A DNA stretch of 64,000 bases. Source: Squalus acanthias (taxonomy: Eukaryota). Shown here piece by piece: positions 62,804 through 64,000 of the stretch. A program made the position numbers and the translations under genes. How positions within the stretch are numbered: the stretch's first letter is position 1; each line of letters starts with the position of its first letter. The notes beneath the pieces were generated by a model. It saw nothing but the letters and a program-made list of their open reading frames with translations, was not told where the DNA came from and did not search any database. The DNA lies in NCBI GenBank assembly GCA_030390025.1, contig CM059432.1:126482001-126546000 (forward strand). The letters run 5' to 3'.

Positions 62804-64000
62804 CTGAAAAATAGAAAATTAGAATAAAGTGCCAAAGTACCTCAAAGTAAACAAAATGAGAAGACAGAAAGCAATCAAAGGGAGAAATCCAGTAGAAAGT
62901 AGCTTTAGTTACAATTCATACTACTTCATTTTTTGCTTCATTTAAAATGCAGTTCTCGATTAAAAAAAAGGTATAGGAAACAATGCAGCTAAATGAAAGA
63001 CTACATGAAGCGATGACATGACTGCGGGATATTACTCAGAATGCACGCAATGCCAGCATTGTCCCATCCCTAGCTCTAACAGTAATGTCATAGGGTAAAA
63101 TTTCAACAGTACCGGGTTAAGAACAGGAGGTCTGTGAAGGTGAAGCAATTATTGTCATGCATGTACCTTTTTTTTGTCTTAATTTAAAAAGGTAGTTGAG
63201 GAGCCTCTGAGAAGGGAGAAGACCTGTGCATAATTGTCATGACTTAACATGCAGGCGATGTGACGATGAGTTTCCTGTAATGTATGTCACTGCATGGTGT
63301 GCTCAAAACAAATTTACAAACAATATTCATAAACACCGTTCCTGTTTAAAATGGCCTTGGACTGAATTTGCCATCTCAAACTAATTGATAAATTACATAA
63401 CTATTATTCTTAAAGTGGCAGGGTTCCTCGGAAAAAAGTGTTGTCCAAGAACTTTATCATGTTTAAAAACAATGATGTGATCGTTGACATGCTAACCTCA
63501 AATAAGCTGCTTACTTTTAGTTCAGTTTTTGCAAAAATATTATTTTACAAAGTTTTCTGCGGCTGCAGATTATCTCACCTATTGTAGTATAAACTGGTCA
63601 TTGGTCCAGACATGGGCTGGAGCAGATCAACGCTTGGAGCGACCAGTTCTAGGAACCTGAACCAAACCGAAAACTCCTCTTCCAATCAATGAACATCCCT
63701 TATTCCCTTTAAGCTGTGTTTGATCTCAACAGTTTTCTTTGAGCGTGCTGAAGGTCTGTGTTGGGCCTACATGCACAAGTCTCATCAACCAATCATTCCA
63801 TTGCTCTGCGCCTTCCTCCTCCAACAAATCTCAACCAGCCCAGTGTGGGCTCAACTTAACTGCTTTCGCATCAGTAGTTTCTATGAAGGTCAACCTGGTT
63901 ATTTTCTTTAGAAGCAAGATGTTATTTATTACCGTCAATGTCAGTTAGAGGGATACAACGCTCGTTTAGTCAATCATTCACCTTTGACTGCAGTCCCTCA

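Overview
Eukaryotic, repeat-dense vertebrate DNA. The repeat families (CR1 LINEs, Deu-domain SINEs, Penelope, Harbinger derivatives) point to a cartilaginous fish, probably a shark (inference). I recognise no host protein-coding gene, only a tentative chain of minus-strand exon-like segments. Main contents: (1) a very young Gypsy LTR retrotransposon (3996-8459) with an uninterrupted ORF, identical 194-bp LTRs and an ACTAC TSD. It has no tRNA primer-binding site; instead an 11-nt PBS is perfectly complementary to its own predicted transcript 5' end, the geometry of Tf1-like self-priming. (2) A LINE (33008-36005) with a tRNA-derived A/B-box head, no recognisable ORF1 and no TTTT on its ~3-kb sense strand, so a candidate Pol III-transcribed autonomous LINE. 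A bipartite SINE built from its two ends is at 48626-48893. (3) Several CR1 LINEs, one nearly full length with an SGNH-esterase ORF1. (4) A Penelope element with a GIY-YIG domain and a minimal hammerhead ribozyme. (5) Many PIF/Harbinger-derived elements and MITEs, several with 3-bp TSDs. (6) 30-bp and 23-bp minisatellites. All calls were read by eye; no searches were run.
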